From Bugula neritina (Eukaryota; Animalia; Bryozoa), in NCBI GenBank assembly GCA_964035545.1, contig OZ037771.1, positions 9,355,408-9,419,407 of the forward strand: a stretch of DNA of 64,000 nucleotides. Direction: 5' to 3'. This document shows, piece by piece, positions 19,791 through 32,789 of this stretch (its first letter is position 1; every line of letters starts with the position of its first letter). The notes below the pieces were generated by a model. The model saw only the letters and a program-made list of their open reading frames with translations, made no database searches and had not been told where the DNA came from. Position numbers and translations under genes: made by a program.

Positions 19791-22350
19791 CTATTCAGAT
19801 TTGGTTTGGGCAGGGGAAAGTTGGCTGTCTTTAGGTAATTTCGTCAAAGAGGCTCGTTGTGTCTGAATCTTTGTCAGTGAATCCTGTGGGGTGTTGGAAG
19901 GTGTGAGAGATTTGTTTAGGAGTTCCTCCACAGGATGTGCTGCCGACAGCCGTAAACTTGCAGTGTTGCTGGCTCCAGACTTCCTCGAGTTATTGATCAT
20001 ATTTCTAGACATCATTATAGCATTTACAATACTTTTAATATCATCAGCAGAGTGAGTGACTGCCTGGCTGCCTGGACCTTTCGAACTACTACCCTCTGAT
20101 GAGTTCGGATAAGACAAAATGTAAATGGGTACAGTCTTCAACTCCGTCTCTTCAATCACATTCTTTTTGGGTTTGGAAACTCCTGGTATCATATCACAAT
20201 TGAAATGAAATATGGTGTGCAACTTTTTTTTAGTAAAATAGAAAGGAATGACTATTAAAAAGCCTGGTAACTAAGGGCGTTTTCGGATTCCCTACGCATA
20301 GGGGTAACTGTAGGCCCTACTCGACCATTCAGTAACCACCACGCTTAAGGTGCAATAATTAGAGTAATTTCACTCTGACATCGGGTCATTTTTTAAGTGA
20401 GTGTAAGCGATAGAATAGGTAGTTACCCCTACGCAGACCCAGGGTACTAATGGCTAATAAATAGTATAGCCTACTCTATAAAAAGCAACCCCATCTATAT
20501 GACACTTGTATGATTATCACATACTTTTACTACTGCAAATGGCGCAGCTTACAGAGAAGACTGCAGCGCACTTTTGTTACTTACTTCTACGCCTTAAGCA
20601 TTTCCCTATCATTGTCAGCACCATAGCAAACGTGAAACCCGCCACACCTATAATCATCCCTGCTGAGTAACGTTCCCAAACCGGGTAGTCCTCATTATCT
20701 CCCCATGCCTTTATTTCTGTTAACGTTTGTGGATATCTCTTAGGTTCATACTTCCATCCTATACCATTCAAATAACTAATTATAATTCTCTTTTAAAAAT
20801 GTATAATTTTGTAACCGGGAAAGCATAAAATAGTTTTGGGCAAATAGCTCAACACTTTTGGTCATGTGCATTGCACTGACATATTTATACTTGTACTAAC
20901 AAAACATGTTATGCTTCAATAATTACTTACTAAAGGGCTAACTCCAAAATAGAAAGAAAAAATTCACTATTACTAATGCATACAAAGAGCAAGATTGCAC
21001 TGAATAGTGCAAGTAAAAGGAAGAAAAAAGCTTTCTTTTCTACAAATTCAACTACAGTAGAAGGAGTAATCTAGAACATACTTTCACTGGCATGTGGTAT
21101 GGGAACACAAAGTTCTGCCACAAACTTATCTATGCCAAAACTCCTGCGGCAAGTGCAGTAGTTATTTTCACATGAAGTGTAGTTGTATATTTTGCAATCT
21201 TCATCAGTTGTACATACAGTGTATGTATTCTGAAAGGAAACAGCGAGACATCATCATTGCGCAATGCATACACACAGTTGCACGCTACACAAGTAATACA
21301 AGTATGTCATCATCTTATATTGTATAAAATTACTTATGAACACAGTAAATTCTAGCTAGCAGTTATAGCATGGGAGTTGTCTGATATTAGATGGCAGTCT
21401 CCTTGGTTCAGACATACAACTTTATACTGTAGAGTATAGACGAACACACAACACATAGCAGCTAAAGTTAAACTCCTTACACATACTACAAAGACAAAGC
21501 AGTGTAGTGCAAGCTAGTCTTACTGTAGCATAGTAACATTTGTTTGATGAGCAACTGAATATCTTGACATTGTATCCATAGCAATCCTCAATAGATCTGC
21601 AGGTAGAGTTCACTGGCTGCTGCAATACTATCAAATATATAGACAATCGTCAAAAGTCTGTTCTACAGATATGAGTGGAAATTTACAGATTTGCTTTTTT
21701 ATGCTGACTATTTGTTTATATTGTTTATTTATTTTAAAGTTTACCTTATGACAACGTAAGTTTTTGAATTAACTGATGTCAGTCACGCTTCATGTTAGAT
21801 TAATAACAACATAAAGGACATCAATAAAAGTTTAATGACAAGTACTACAGCCTAGTATACTATAGCTACTCATACTAGGCTCTAATCACCATACAAGCCT
21901 CAGCTGCTTCTAAAGCATGTGCAGCAAATAAAAATATATATATTTCATCAGATAGTGAATCTGGTGCTTCGTTTTATGTTTTTTTTGTGACATGCATAAA
22001 GCCTGCCAACCACTACAGTTAGTTTTACCAGCTTGTTCAGTTGTAGGCAACATCCAATTATTTTCTAAGATCACAGGCTAAGATTCCACACCCTGATTTT
22101 CATGAAACCGTGAACTTTGAGCACTAGAAGCAATTATTATTTCTCATCTGGTACTGCAAAGCATTGGTGAAGTTGATTGATGCTTACCTTGTAACGGTGG
22201 TAAAAGGGGCACTTCAAAGAAGTTCCAGAGACCAGGAACAACACGTTTGATAGAGCTACTTGTTGTTGATGAGTTGAGAGTTTCCTCACAAAACACAGAG
22301 AAAAACAAGAGTGAGTAGATATACGCTCTTAACATAATTACAAGGAACAT
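19791..22350 (-). CDS. Uncharacterised type I membrane protein: signal peptide, two Cys-rich EB-like modules, one TM, Ser/Thr-rich tail. Exons 22350-22188, 21909-21890, 21619-21524, 21229-21082, 20937-20931, 20775-20585, 20182-19791 (~338 aa)
   Basis: Hydrophobic N-terminus; CRSIEDC..C....C and CTTDEDC....C....CTC....C modules; TM YSAGMIIGVAGFTFAMVLTMIG followed by a basic KCLRRR. The frame closes only if the two microexons are included. Confidence 0.7.
20296..20434. mobile_element. Small inverted-repeat (MITE-like) insert in an intron
   Basis: GCATAGGGGTAACT ... AGTTACCCCTACGC inverted pair; GC-richer than the flanks. Confidence 0.4.
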
Positions 22351-23101
22351 ATTTATGTATGGGTAGTACCTATGCTTTAACTTTCACTACAAAAATTTAG
22401 AGAATTCAGAATTTATACTGAATTAGTATTGTTACTCGTACATACCACCAAAACAGCACTTGATACTTTTTTTTAACAATTAATAAGATTCTTAGCAACT
22501 TTTTTGATAAAATCCAAGTTATGAGTTTTGTTACCCTAGTCAGTGGTTTTGTCAACTCAAGAAATAATTTATGCAATGTAGAGTGTTTAACTTTAAACCT
22601 GAATCAACTGCTAGAAGCGACTTTCTAATAGTTAGAATATAATTTATAGTTTATCTCTGTTTGCTGGTACCAGTGCTGGTCATTCATGCATCAAAGCTGA
22701 TAAGTCAAGATTTCACTACTCTTCTGCTGAGAACACCTTACTGCTAGGAATTAGCAACTAGATAAAAAAGTTTTACACGCAGACTCACTCATTAAGTAGA
22801 TGTAACAACATCAAAACTGATAAGAGAGTAAAATATGTTGGAATGTTCAGACATGTGTACTTTATTCTACAGGGTATTAACACTAATCCTGCAGTTTTAG
22901 TGGTTTAGTTTATTGTATAGTTAATAAACTATGTTGGCACAGTAAAACCATAATGCAAAAAAACTGTATGCAAGACATAGCTATTTTTGATCCAATATTT
23001 ACAACTCTTGCAAAATGTGCAAATAATAACAAAACTATATATCATTTTATACACTTTATAAAACACCGTTCAGTCAGTGAATAATATTTTATATGAAGTT
23101 G

Positions 23102-26100
23102 TTATTGCAGAGAGAACAGAGTCTGTAGTAGCTGATACTTCCCTTGAAAATATTTCTCCAACTTTTTTTCTGATCTAAAATTGATTTATAATGAAAAAAC
23201 TGTGAATATAATAGCAACTAGCTGATCTAAAGTGAGTGACATCAATACTATGAAACATGCTTCTCTTTCCACCTAATTTGAGAAAATTATTTGTTTTCGA
23301 AATAAATAATATTAATAAGTTTTTATGAAAAGACTGCATTACACAAACTCGCTCACACACGCACACACACAACACCCAGTTTAAAGAAATAAGAAGCAAG
23401 GAACTCACTTGGTCAAGTAGGAATGTAAGACTTTGCGAGAGGATTCAGAAACATAGTCTTGTTTCACTATGTGTTCTATGAGAGTGAGAGGCCCTGTAAG
23501 ATCCTCTGACGCCACACGAAACTTCTTATTTTCACTCTGCATAATGACAGTAATAAATGTATATAATAACAGTAATAAATGTATATAATAATAGCAATAA
23601 ATGTATATAATAGTAGTAATAACTGTATATAATAGTAGTAATAACTGTATATAACAGTAGTAATAACTGTATATAATAGTAGTAATAACTGTATATAATA
23701 GTAGTAATAACTCTATATAATAGTAGTAATAACTGTATATAATAGTAGTAATAACTGTATATAATAGTAGTAATAACTGTATATAATAGTAGTAATAACT
23801 GTATATAATAGTAGTAATAACTCTATATAATAGTAGTAATAACTGTATATAATAGTAGTAATAACTGTATATAATAGTAGTAATAACTGTATATAATAGT
23901 AGTAATAACTGTATATAATAGTAGTAATAACTGTATATAATAGTAGTAATAACTCTATATAATAGTAGTAATAACTCTATATAATAGTAGTAATAACTGT
24001 ATATAATAGTAGTAATAACTCTATATAATAGTAGTAATAACTCTATATAATAGTAGTAATAACTCTATATAATAGTAGTAATAACTCTATATAATAGTAG
24101 TAATAACTGTATATAATAGTAGTAATAACTGTATATAATAGTAGTAACAACTCTATATAATAGTAGTAATAACTGTATATAATAGTAGTAATAACTCTAT
24201 ATAATAGTAGTAATAACTGTATATAATAGTAGTAATAACTCCATACGATACCTTGATAAGACCGATGTTGACTAATACACTGTTACATAGTATAGAGTCA
24301 GAGGGGTTGTGTGAGGCCAGCAACTTCAATGTGTCATCTGAAACATAATATAATTTGTCATTGATAAAATTTAACAAAAGAATGCAATATAGAATAAAAC
24401 ATAACCTCACACAATAAAACACAACATGAAGGAACATAATAAAAAAAGATGCAACATGTAAAATGGAATATAATACAACACAGTAAAATTTAAAATCACA
24501 TTAGGGCAAGAATATACACTATTACTAGTATATACTGAATAACAGCCACTGGCCAAACTAGAACTACTGTGTGAACAATGGGCAGAAAATAATGGCTCTA
24601 GCTCAATTCGATTTTTCAAATTAAACAAATTGAAAAATAAATACAAGTGAACAAGTATATATCTGGAACTCTATGAGATATGAGAGCAGCACTGAAACCC
24701 ACCACAGAGAGAGCAGATCTTCTGCTTAGTATCAGCTCTATGAGCAGTGTTTAGAGGTGAGCTCATCCTCATACACAGATAGAGGGCTCTGTCAGCCATC
24801 TCCGACACATCCGTAATGGCCGAGAGTTCCCCTTTAGCAAACTCCAGCCACTCAGATCTGCTCAGCCCAGTCATGGCTTCTTGTGTTGGAGATTCTATGA
24901 ACTCTTTAGGGGTGACCTGTAGTAGTCTAAGAGTATGTATACATAGGTACTACGTGTACACTATACACTATATAATTATACAGGTACTAAGTGTACACTA
25001 TACACTGTATATAGAGGTACTACGTGTACGCTGCATACGGTATTACATGTATATATTTATCAAACCACAACAAGACCAGGGAGACATCATCTGTTAAGAG
25101 AGTTAGTAGGTCAGCACATCTACTGGAGTCTAGACTATCACGTAGCCCACAGTATCTACCTGACTATCACGTAGCCCACAACATCTACCTGACTATCACG
25201 TGGCCCACATCATCTACCTGACTATCACGTAGCCCACAACATTTACCTGACTATCACGTAGCCCACATCATCTACCTGACTATCACATAGCCCACAACAT
25301 TTACCTGACTATCACGTAGCCCACATCATCTACCTGACTATCACGTAGCCCACATCATCTACCTGACTATCACGTAGCCCACAACATCTACCTGGAGTTG
25401 AGAAACCGTACCTTGGACTGAGTGGAGCCGTCAGCCTCTACTTCCTCTTCCTCTACTTCCTCTTCCTCTACTTCCTCTTCTACCTCGTCTTCATCTTCAG
25501 TTCCCTCGTCTTCATCAAAACCAGATATTATAGCAGTCCTTCCAGCAGCTTCCAAAGTGGTCATCACCAGCTCTTGCCCTGTTTGAGACCACCACATTAC
25601 AACATATATAGCAGGGTAGATTGTAGTATTGTGTATAAGATGCACAATATGTATTATAACATATACTATAAATCCTGCGTGTTTACTATTAGTCCATACT
25701 CTATCATCAACAATATTTGCAGTAGTATACAGGTGCTTGAAAAGTCAGTTTTTTTAGTGATTTACTAACTCAAAGAGCCACCAATAACCAACCAAGTGGC
25801 TGTTGAAAGGCAGCCAACAAACCTACACCAGGTACGTACATTTTACTAAAACACCATGTTTTTAGACAAGATAAGATGCATGTATGTAACAACCAAGTCA
25901 TTGCCTGCAGTAGTTGGACAATTGGAAGGTTACACATCAAGTAGTTGCTGACACATAAACTATCCTAGCAAGCTTGTTATAGACATCTATATGTCATGTG
26001 TAAGACATCATTGACCATGTGATTGAATATTCTAACTGCAACCTTAACTGGCAGAGAAACTGACACCATCAGTCATTTAAAAGTTGAATCAGTTAGACAA

Positions 26101-29100
26101 GTCATTACAACGTCCTAGCCTGTGGCCAGCGCTTAGCCCAAAACCACATCTAACACAGAAAGTTAATACCCAGCCCAAGTAGTTTAGCCTGATTGTTTGC
26201 AACTGAGACTAACCTTCTTCTCCTAGGCAGTTACCATCTAACTGCAAGGTTTCCAATGAAGGGATGAGGGCTGCAGTCTCTGCTATAGCTACAGCTCCTG
26301 CTTTATTTATTTCATTATAGTTGCACATAATCTCCTGTGAAATAGCAATTAGTTAATATAGGAGTCTATGGTAGCAATAGTGAAGATAAAATAAAATTAT
26401 ATAATAAAGTAATATACTGCACTATAATATAATGTAAATTTCAATATAAGAAAATGATACGTAATATAATAAGGGTCTATCATAACACAATATAAGGATG
26501 CGCAACGTAAAATATGTATTATATAACTTAATCAAATGATGGCAATCCAATATACAGTATATTTTACGTATATAATATGATGACATGCTGTAATACTATA
26601 GTGCAATGATATTAATACACATACAAACAGCTTTTAACAAAAGACATTTCTCTAAATACTTACAGCTAAAATATAACTGAATGTTTAGTAAAGTTACTAT
26701 TCAAAAAAAAGAGCATAACACTAAACTTATATTCTTTTTAGGCTTCATAATATAACATCTGCTAAATAATCAAACTCAGTTTTATGTAGAGAAGAACATA
26801 TTTTAACAATCAACAATTTTTTTCTAGGGTTCTTAGACACCTTTATGCAATTTACTCTAACAACTTAGGATGTCTATACTATAGTATTTCTAAAAAAAGA
26901 AACCAACAGCTAACCTTGAGTTTAGGGTAGCTGTTATCTAGTGCTTTAGCTATAGCCTTTGCACCACCTGTCCGTATCAAACATGACTCTAGGTTGAGTA
27001 TTTCCAACTCTTGGAGCTTGGGCAATGCCTACATAGCATATTACAGTTATTTCACCAAGACAATCAAATCTCCAACCCAAACACAATATATAAGTTTATG
27101 CAATTTCTATAATAATGGCCATGTGTAGAGAGGGAACGATTCATAAATACTCAAATAACTTGTGGCATACCAGAATACAAAATATTGTATAAGTACTAGG
27201 AAATTAGATAATGTTTCAGTTTATTTTTCACACATAATACATTTATTAAGAAGTACAAGACTTGGTAGAGGTGGTGTTATTGATAAGTATGCATGGGTTT
27301 TAAACCCTATATTACACTAGAATGGTTAGGCTGAAAAGATATCAAGCATGTACAGAACTTGCTACCTCCCTTTTAAAAAGTCACCCAAATTGCAGACTTT
27401 TCTCAACAAAGATTAGCACTTAAACAGTGATTTAATGGTACCATAAAAATATTGGAGACATGACCTTAGCCATAGCTCGAGCACCAACACTTGTAAATGT
27501 GTTGTCACAAAGATTGATGTGTTTTAGCCTTGTATTGAGAGCAAATGCTTGAGCTAGAGCGGTTATACCAGGAGGGTTGATACCATTCTGGGGCATAGAA
27601 ACAAATTCCAAGCTACCCATTTTCTAAAAAATAAAATAAACTTGTAGCACCATTAAACTCATGGGCAGCAAACAGTTCTGATAAAAACTATAAGTGATGA
27701 GAACATAGAAAAACTGTGCAATATAAATGATCATTGCCATCATTATCTAGCCAAGTAATATTCAGCAAACGAGCATATACGATACGTATACTTAATAGAA
27801 ATAAAGTATTTGACACATAACTAGATGAATAAAATAGGAACATGCAAATTACTGCAATACTATGTTAGCTTCATTGTGATAGATGGAATAATATTATACA
27901 CTCTATACTAATGTCCAACCTTGAAGACTTCAGAGAGGGCAATAGATCCCTCATTCTCCAGTCTACCTCGACCAGAGACAAATACCTTTAGGGCAAGTGC
28001 CTTACCAGCCTGTTTGCTAGATTGATAGGTTTTTTCAAGAACTTCAGCCAACATCTACCAACATGATAGAAGTGAATTTAGTTGTTGAAAAATAGGCTCT
28101 GAGCAGAACATTTGAGATGCAATGTCGAATAAGTCCTGAGACAACATATTATAAGCAACTGTGTGATGTGAGAAGAGTGTATGCTGACAGAATAGTTTTA
28201 ATTTACTACAGCATTTATTTTATATATAAATAGTTAAACTCCATAAAATGTAAACTCCTCATCAAAACACAGTAAGAAACTGATTAGGCCTAGTACCTTT
28301 CCACCATTTGGTCCAAGACCATTATTATTTAGCCTGAGTTCTTCAAGAGAAAAACAACAAGAATGTTTGAGAAGGTCGGCAATACCCTGCACCCCTATTG
28401 GACCAAATGCATTGTCACTGAGATCTAACTCCACAAGATTAGCTCCTGAAGCCATTATGCCTTTACCAAGGTGTTGCTACAAAATAAATACTATATTAAA
28501 TCAAATACTTACATACTAGTATGGCAGCAGACAACACAGTGTCCAGCACTTCTAAAGCTGATATGTATGTGTCAGAAAGTAAGTTAGAATTAGTTGCAGC
28601 ACCAATAATAGAATAACTATCACATTTACACAGCAATAAAAACTCACACAAGTTTATAGTCATTATCTCTGTGAGAACCCCTGGTGTTTTTTAAACGGCT
28701 AAGGACTTATTCACACTTATAATTACACAGAAATAAGTGCAAGCAAAATATTTAGGGAGAACATTAAAAAACTAATAATAATTAACACAAGTCTAAAGCT
28801 GCAACTCCTACGAAATCCAGTTAAAACCTTCACATTAGTTGAGGCAAATCACCAAAAAATCCTAATTCTGATTTAAATCAAATCTTCTATTACCTGAACA
28901 CAGAGAGTTGTAAGCTCTTAGAGCTTATCACACAATTTAAAACTAGGAGTACATTGATAAAAATTATTTAAAAAAACTTGTTTAACGAGCTTCAACAAAA
29001 TAAAAATAACTAACCAGAGCAGGTGGGATTTCAGTCTTCAGCCGCCCAGTAAACATATCACTCCACTTAGCTCTCTGAAATAGCATTTATTAATTGCAGG

Positions 29101-30539
29101 TAATAAAATAAAATATGTGAAAGCATTAATAACATCAAATGATTGAAAATGTCTTTTACTAGCATGAATAAAGCTATCATGTAAGTTGACAGGCCAGAGT
29201 TTGCCCTAATTGCTTCAGTTACCAAATTCAATAATACTGCAAACAAAAAACACATTAAGAGTAAATGAACGTAGAAAATATATAGGTATTCAATGGATAA
29301 CAATATGTATTAAACAACAACAGTATTTTATTCAACTATTTAATTATGTAAGCATTTAAATATTTGATATAAAGATCTATTGGCATACAAGTACTCACTT
29401 GAAACTCTTTATGATTAGATAATGCATCACCAATTAAATTTGCGGCATCCACACCCATAGTGTTCCCAGATAAGATCAAAACACGCAACTCTTTACAATC
29501 TGCCACAGCTTTTACAATTTCTTGTGCTATATATTAAAAAAATCAATTGTATATGTACCTATAAGCATATAACTAGCAGTATACTCTAAAATTTTTTTAA
29601 CTAACTTTAAAAATTTGTTTAAGACTGTACTGAGTTTTAACAGTATAAGATTATCATTATAACAACATAAATCTAATAACTAACAAGCAGCTAAGTAAAT
29701 TATATTGAATTATGAGACCAAGAACAAATTAATATCAACATAGTCACCCTGTATATTAATATTGCATTTATCATAGATATATTTACATAATAACAACCAT
29801 AATACAACAAAAAGAATAATACTAATACTTATACATATTTTTACCACTACCACTAGGTCTAGTGCAACTTTTTTTTTTAAAAATCAGCAAAAATACTACT
29901 GCTAGTGCTACCACTACCACTACCACTACTACTAGTATAACTATAAGTATCAGTTGACCTTTATTTCTTTTTGATATTATTCTTATTCTACTATTGGTAG
30001 CAGCATCATTAATATTATTATTATTCATATTATAGAATTACTATCACCATGTCTCTAAGTATAACTCTATTAGAATTATAAATAATTCAAATTATAATTA
30101 AGAAGTCATAAAATTAATAATACTTACACTTATAGTTATTACTTATTAGTCTTAGATATACTAATAATAATAGTAATAGTAATACTTATGGGCTATGGCA
30201 GTTATACCAATACTTATAGTTATACTTATACTACTACTAGTACTAGTACTACTACTATTAGCCTACTACTAGTAGTTATTACCTATGGCTATAGGCTATA
30301 AGTATAAGTATAAGCCCTATGATCATAGTTATACTATTACTAATATTATCACTATTATGATTATTAAATAGTAATTATTAATGGCTGTGATTAACGGTTA
30401 CTGTGACAGTAATGAGTAACTGTAATGACTAACCATCGGATCCTTTGTCCATTTTAATAGCATGGCCAGCAAACGACAAAACACCTTCTGAGACACTAGC
30501 ACCTGCCAATTTTGACGTAAGAGTTTCAATTTCTGCCAT
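23102..30539 (-). CDS. RANGAP1: Ran GTPase-activating protein 1. 13 exons: 30539-30434, 29526-29399, 29074-29015, 28476-28297, 28054-27920, 27623-27465, 27028-26915, 26334-26214, 25578-25412, 24916-24703, 24337-24252, 23536-23409, 23174-23102 (~556 aa)
   Basis: [40 protein letters not shown] motifs; acidic tract; C-terminal GLIKSE SUMO site and LLQTLF end. All phases are consistent. Confidence 0.97.
23545..24240. repeat. 22-bp minisatellite (ATAATAGTAGTAATAACTSTAT) filling RanGAP1 intron 11
   Basis: The array occupies nearly all of intron 23537-24251. Confidence 0.96.
25125..25393. repeat. 29-bp minisatellite (ATCTACCTGACTATCACGTAGCCCACAAC) x~9
   Basis: Tandem units starting ~18 nt into RanGAP1 intron 9. 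Confidence 0.95.
28647..28713 (-). mobile_element. 3' fragment of the SINE family seen at 4015-4221
   Basis: CACAAGTTTATAGTCA..CTGTGAGAA..CCTGGTG..GGCTAAGGACTTATTCA matches 4015-4095. Confidence 0.6.
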
Positions 30540-30599
30540 TACCATATTGTAAATTAAACACAATGATAAAAAAAAACTTTGATTTTGCTTATCTTCCAA

Positions 30600-31080
30600 G
30601 TTTCTGGTGCTTTCTAAAAAAACCAATATGAATGTCGTTATCAAATTGAAAATGAATGGCGAGCAATTGACATAACGGAAATGTTCTCTAGACAGAGAAC
30701 CTAATATATTTTACCCAGATCTCACGCTTAGCCCTATTTGCCATTAATCCTAACGACTATACTACTTTTTCGAATAGATTAGACTTGTGACCCCGGATTG
30801 TTGGTAGGTTACTATTAAAGTGCATAAGCTGCATCTACTGCGTTAGAAATAAATTTATACCACGCCCACTTTTCGAGTCGCATCATAACCTTTTTAAAAA
30901 TTAATCGTCATAGTTAAACAGACATAATCGTAATGTCCAATGATAAATATAATTAATACAATTAATTGTATTTTTATATGTTAGTAATACGCATAGCCTG
31001 GATAAAAATATTAACGCACTCGGTTTTACAAGTTACAAGCAGTACTTCACGTTAGATCTGTTTATCAGCGTTTGTAAATA
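30600..31080. promoter_or_regulatory. Probable bidirectional promoter between RanGAP1 and the DGK gene
   Basis: Head-to-head start codons 2.25 kb apart; locally CpG-containing sequence with AATGGCG, CGGAAA and CCACGCCCAC motifs. Position is inferred. Confidence 0.45.
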
Positions 31081-32789
31081 CATAAATTTAAAACTACTTT
31101 AATGAACTATAAAATTAGAAAATAATAATTATAATATTAATAATTACTTATAAATATAATAGTTATACTTATGCTTATACTTATAGTATTACTTAATTTA
31201 AGACTAATAAACAATATGAATAGGCATAGTAATATTAGCATTACCAATATTAATAGACCATAGTTAATGTGATACTAATTCAGTAATTGTTATATTAAAT
31301 TTAATAGTGATAGACTAATAGTAATAGTAATACTAATACTAATAGTAATAGTAATAGTAATACTAATACTTATACTAATACTTATAGTAATAGTAATACT
31401 AATGGTAATAGTATTACTGTAATAGCTACTACGAATAAATTTAATACTGTTTAAATTAAAAATATAGTCATAGATATACTCATATTGTAGTTATTAATTA
31501 CACAAATATGTAGATCTGAATATAAAAATAAAATTAAATGTTATTACTGATAGTGATACTATTAGTATTACTAATAATTTAATTTAAAGTTTAGGTTTAT
31601 AATTATACTAATACTATACAATGAAAACTAAGTTAAAATGATAATAAAACCATGTTAAGTTTAAAATTAATATTCATTTCCATATTCCTTATTATATTGA
31701 GTTTGATATTCATATTGATAGTCATAATCATCATGATCATACTTTAATATGATTGTAAAGTTATATTATATAAATTTTAATAAAATCATAATTAATTAAT
31801 TTCGTAATCATTATAGTTATATAATTATACCTCAAGCTTAGGTTTATATTTTTTATAATAATGAATTTAAAGCTATACTTGAAGTTTAAGTAATAAAGGT
31901 AATAAACTACCACTATGTCTAATTAAATAAAACGATGAAGAATCGTAATACTGACTTCGAGTCTAGTAGTACTAGTGTTACTAATAGTAATCAACAGCAG
32001 TAACTCACAAAAGAGCTAAGAATAAGATTACCTATTGACCCTTGAGGAGTGAACTTGAGCTTGATTTTAGCTGTAAACTGTAGAGTGTAGACTAAATTTT
32101 AAGCTAGTAGTCAAATTCGTCAATGCTGAAATGTAAGTAAAATTTGCACAGAAGTCAACACTTTACTTCAACTTGAACTAAATAAATGACAGTTATTAAG
32201 CTCACCACTGAAGGCCACTCAATTAGTCACTGTGACACCGGCCGACATATTTTGCAACAGGTGATTAAAGTGAGATTGAGACTTGCAGCCACCAACCAGT
32301 ATTTCAGTAACATTTGGCTTTGCTGTGTAGCTGAGTCTTACAAGTTATGTAACTGTAGTAGTGTAATCACTAATAAAATTGACTGACTGTGTTTGAGTTA
32401 CTTTGAATTTAATAATTACTATTAGTACTCTACATTAATTTTCAAACTGATATTAAGAATACAATAATAGTAGTATAATAATATAAAATTAATCTTTTAA
32501 ACTGTCAGTAAACCAAAATAAATAATAACACCCACTGACAATGGTAAGCCAAAATAAAATATAGTAACTTTTATTGCATTTTTTTCATAGTGATATTTTG
32601 TATCACAATGTAGTAAACCTACTGAGTCACCTAGTGATGCTGTGATACTGATAGGCTGCTTGCTTGGTAAGATTTAGTCTATTGCACTTAAGTTACTGGT
32701 TTGTTTGGCGGATCAGTTTTAACTAGGCTTTTAGTTGACTGTATAATATATTTATATGATATAAGAGTTTTAAAATAATAAATCTAGCA

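Noticed and set aside
18536-24260. Functional link between the SIM-bearing ligase and neighbouring SUMO-target RanGAP1
   Set aside because: Gene adjacency in animal genomes is weak evidence, and nothing else supports it.
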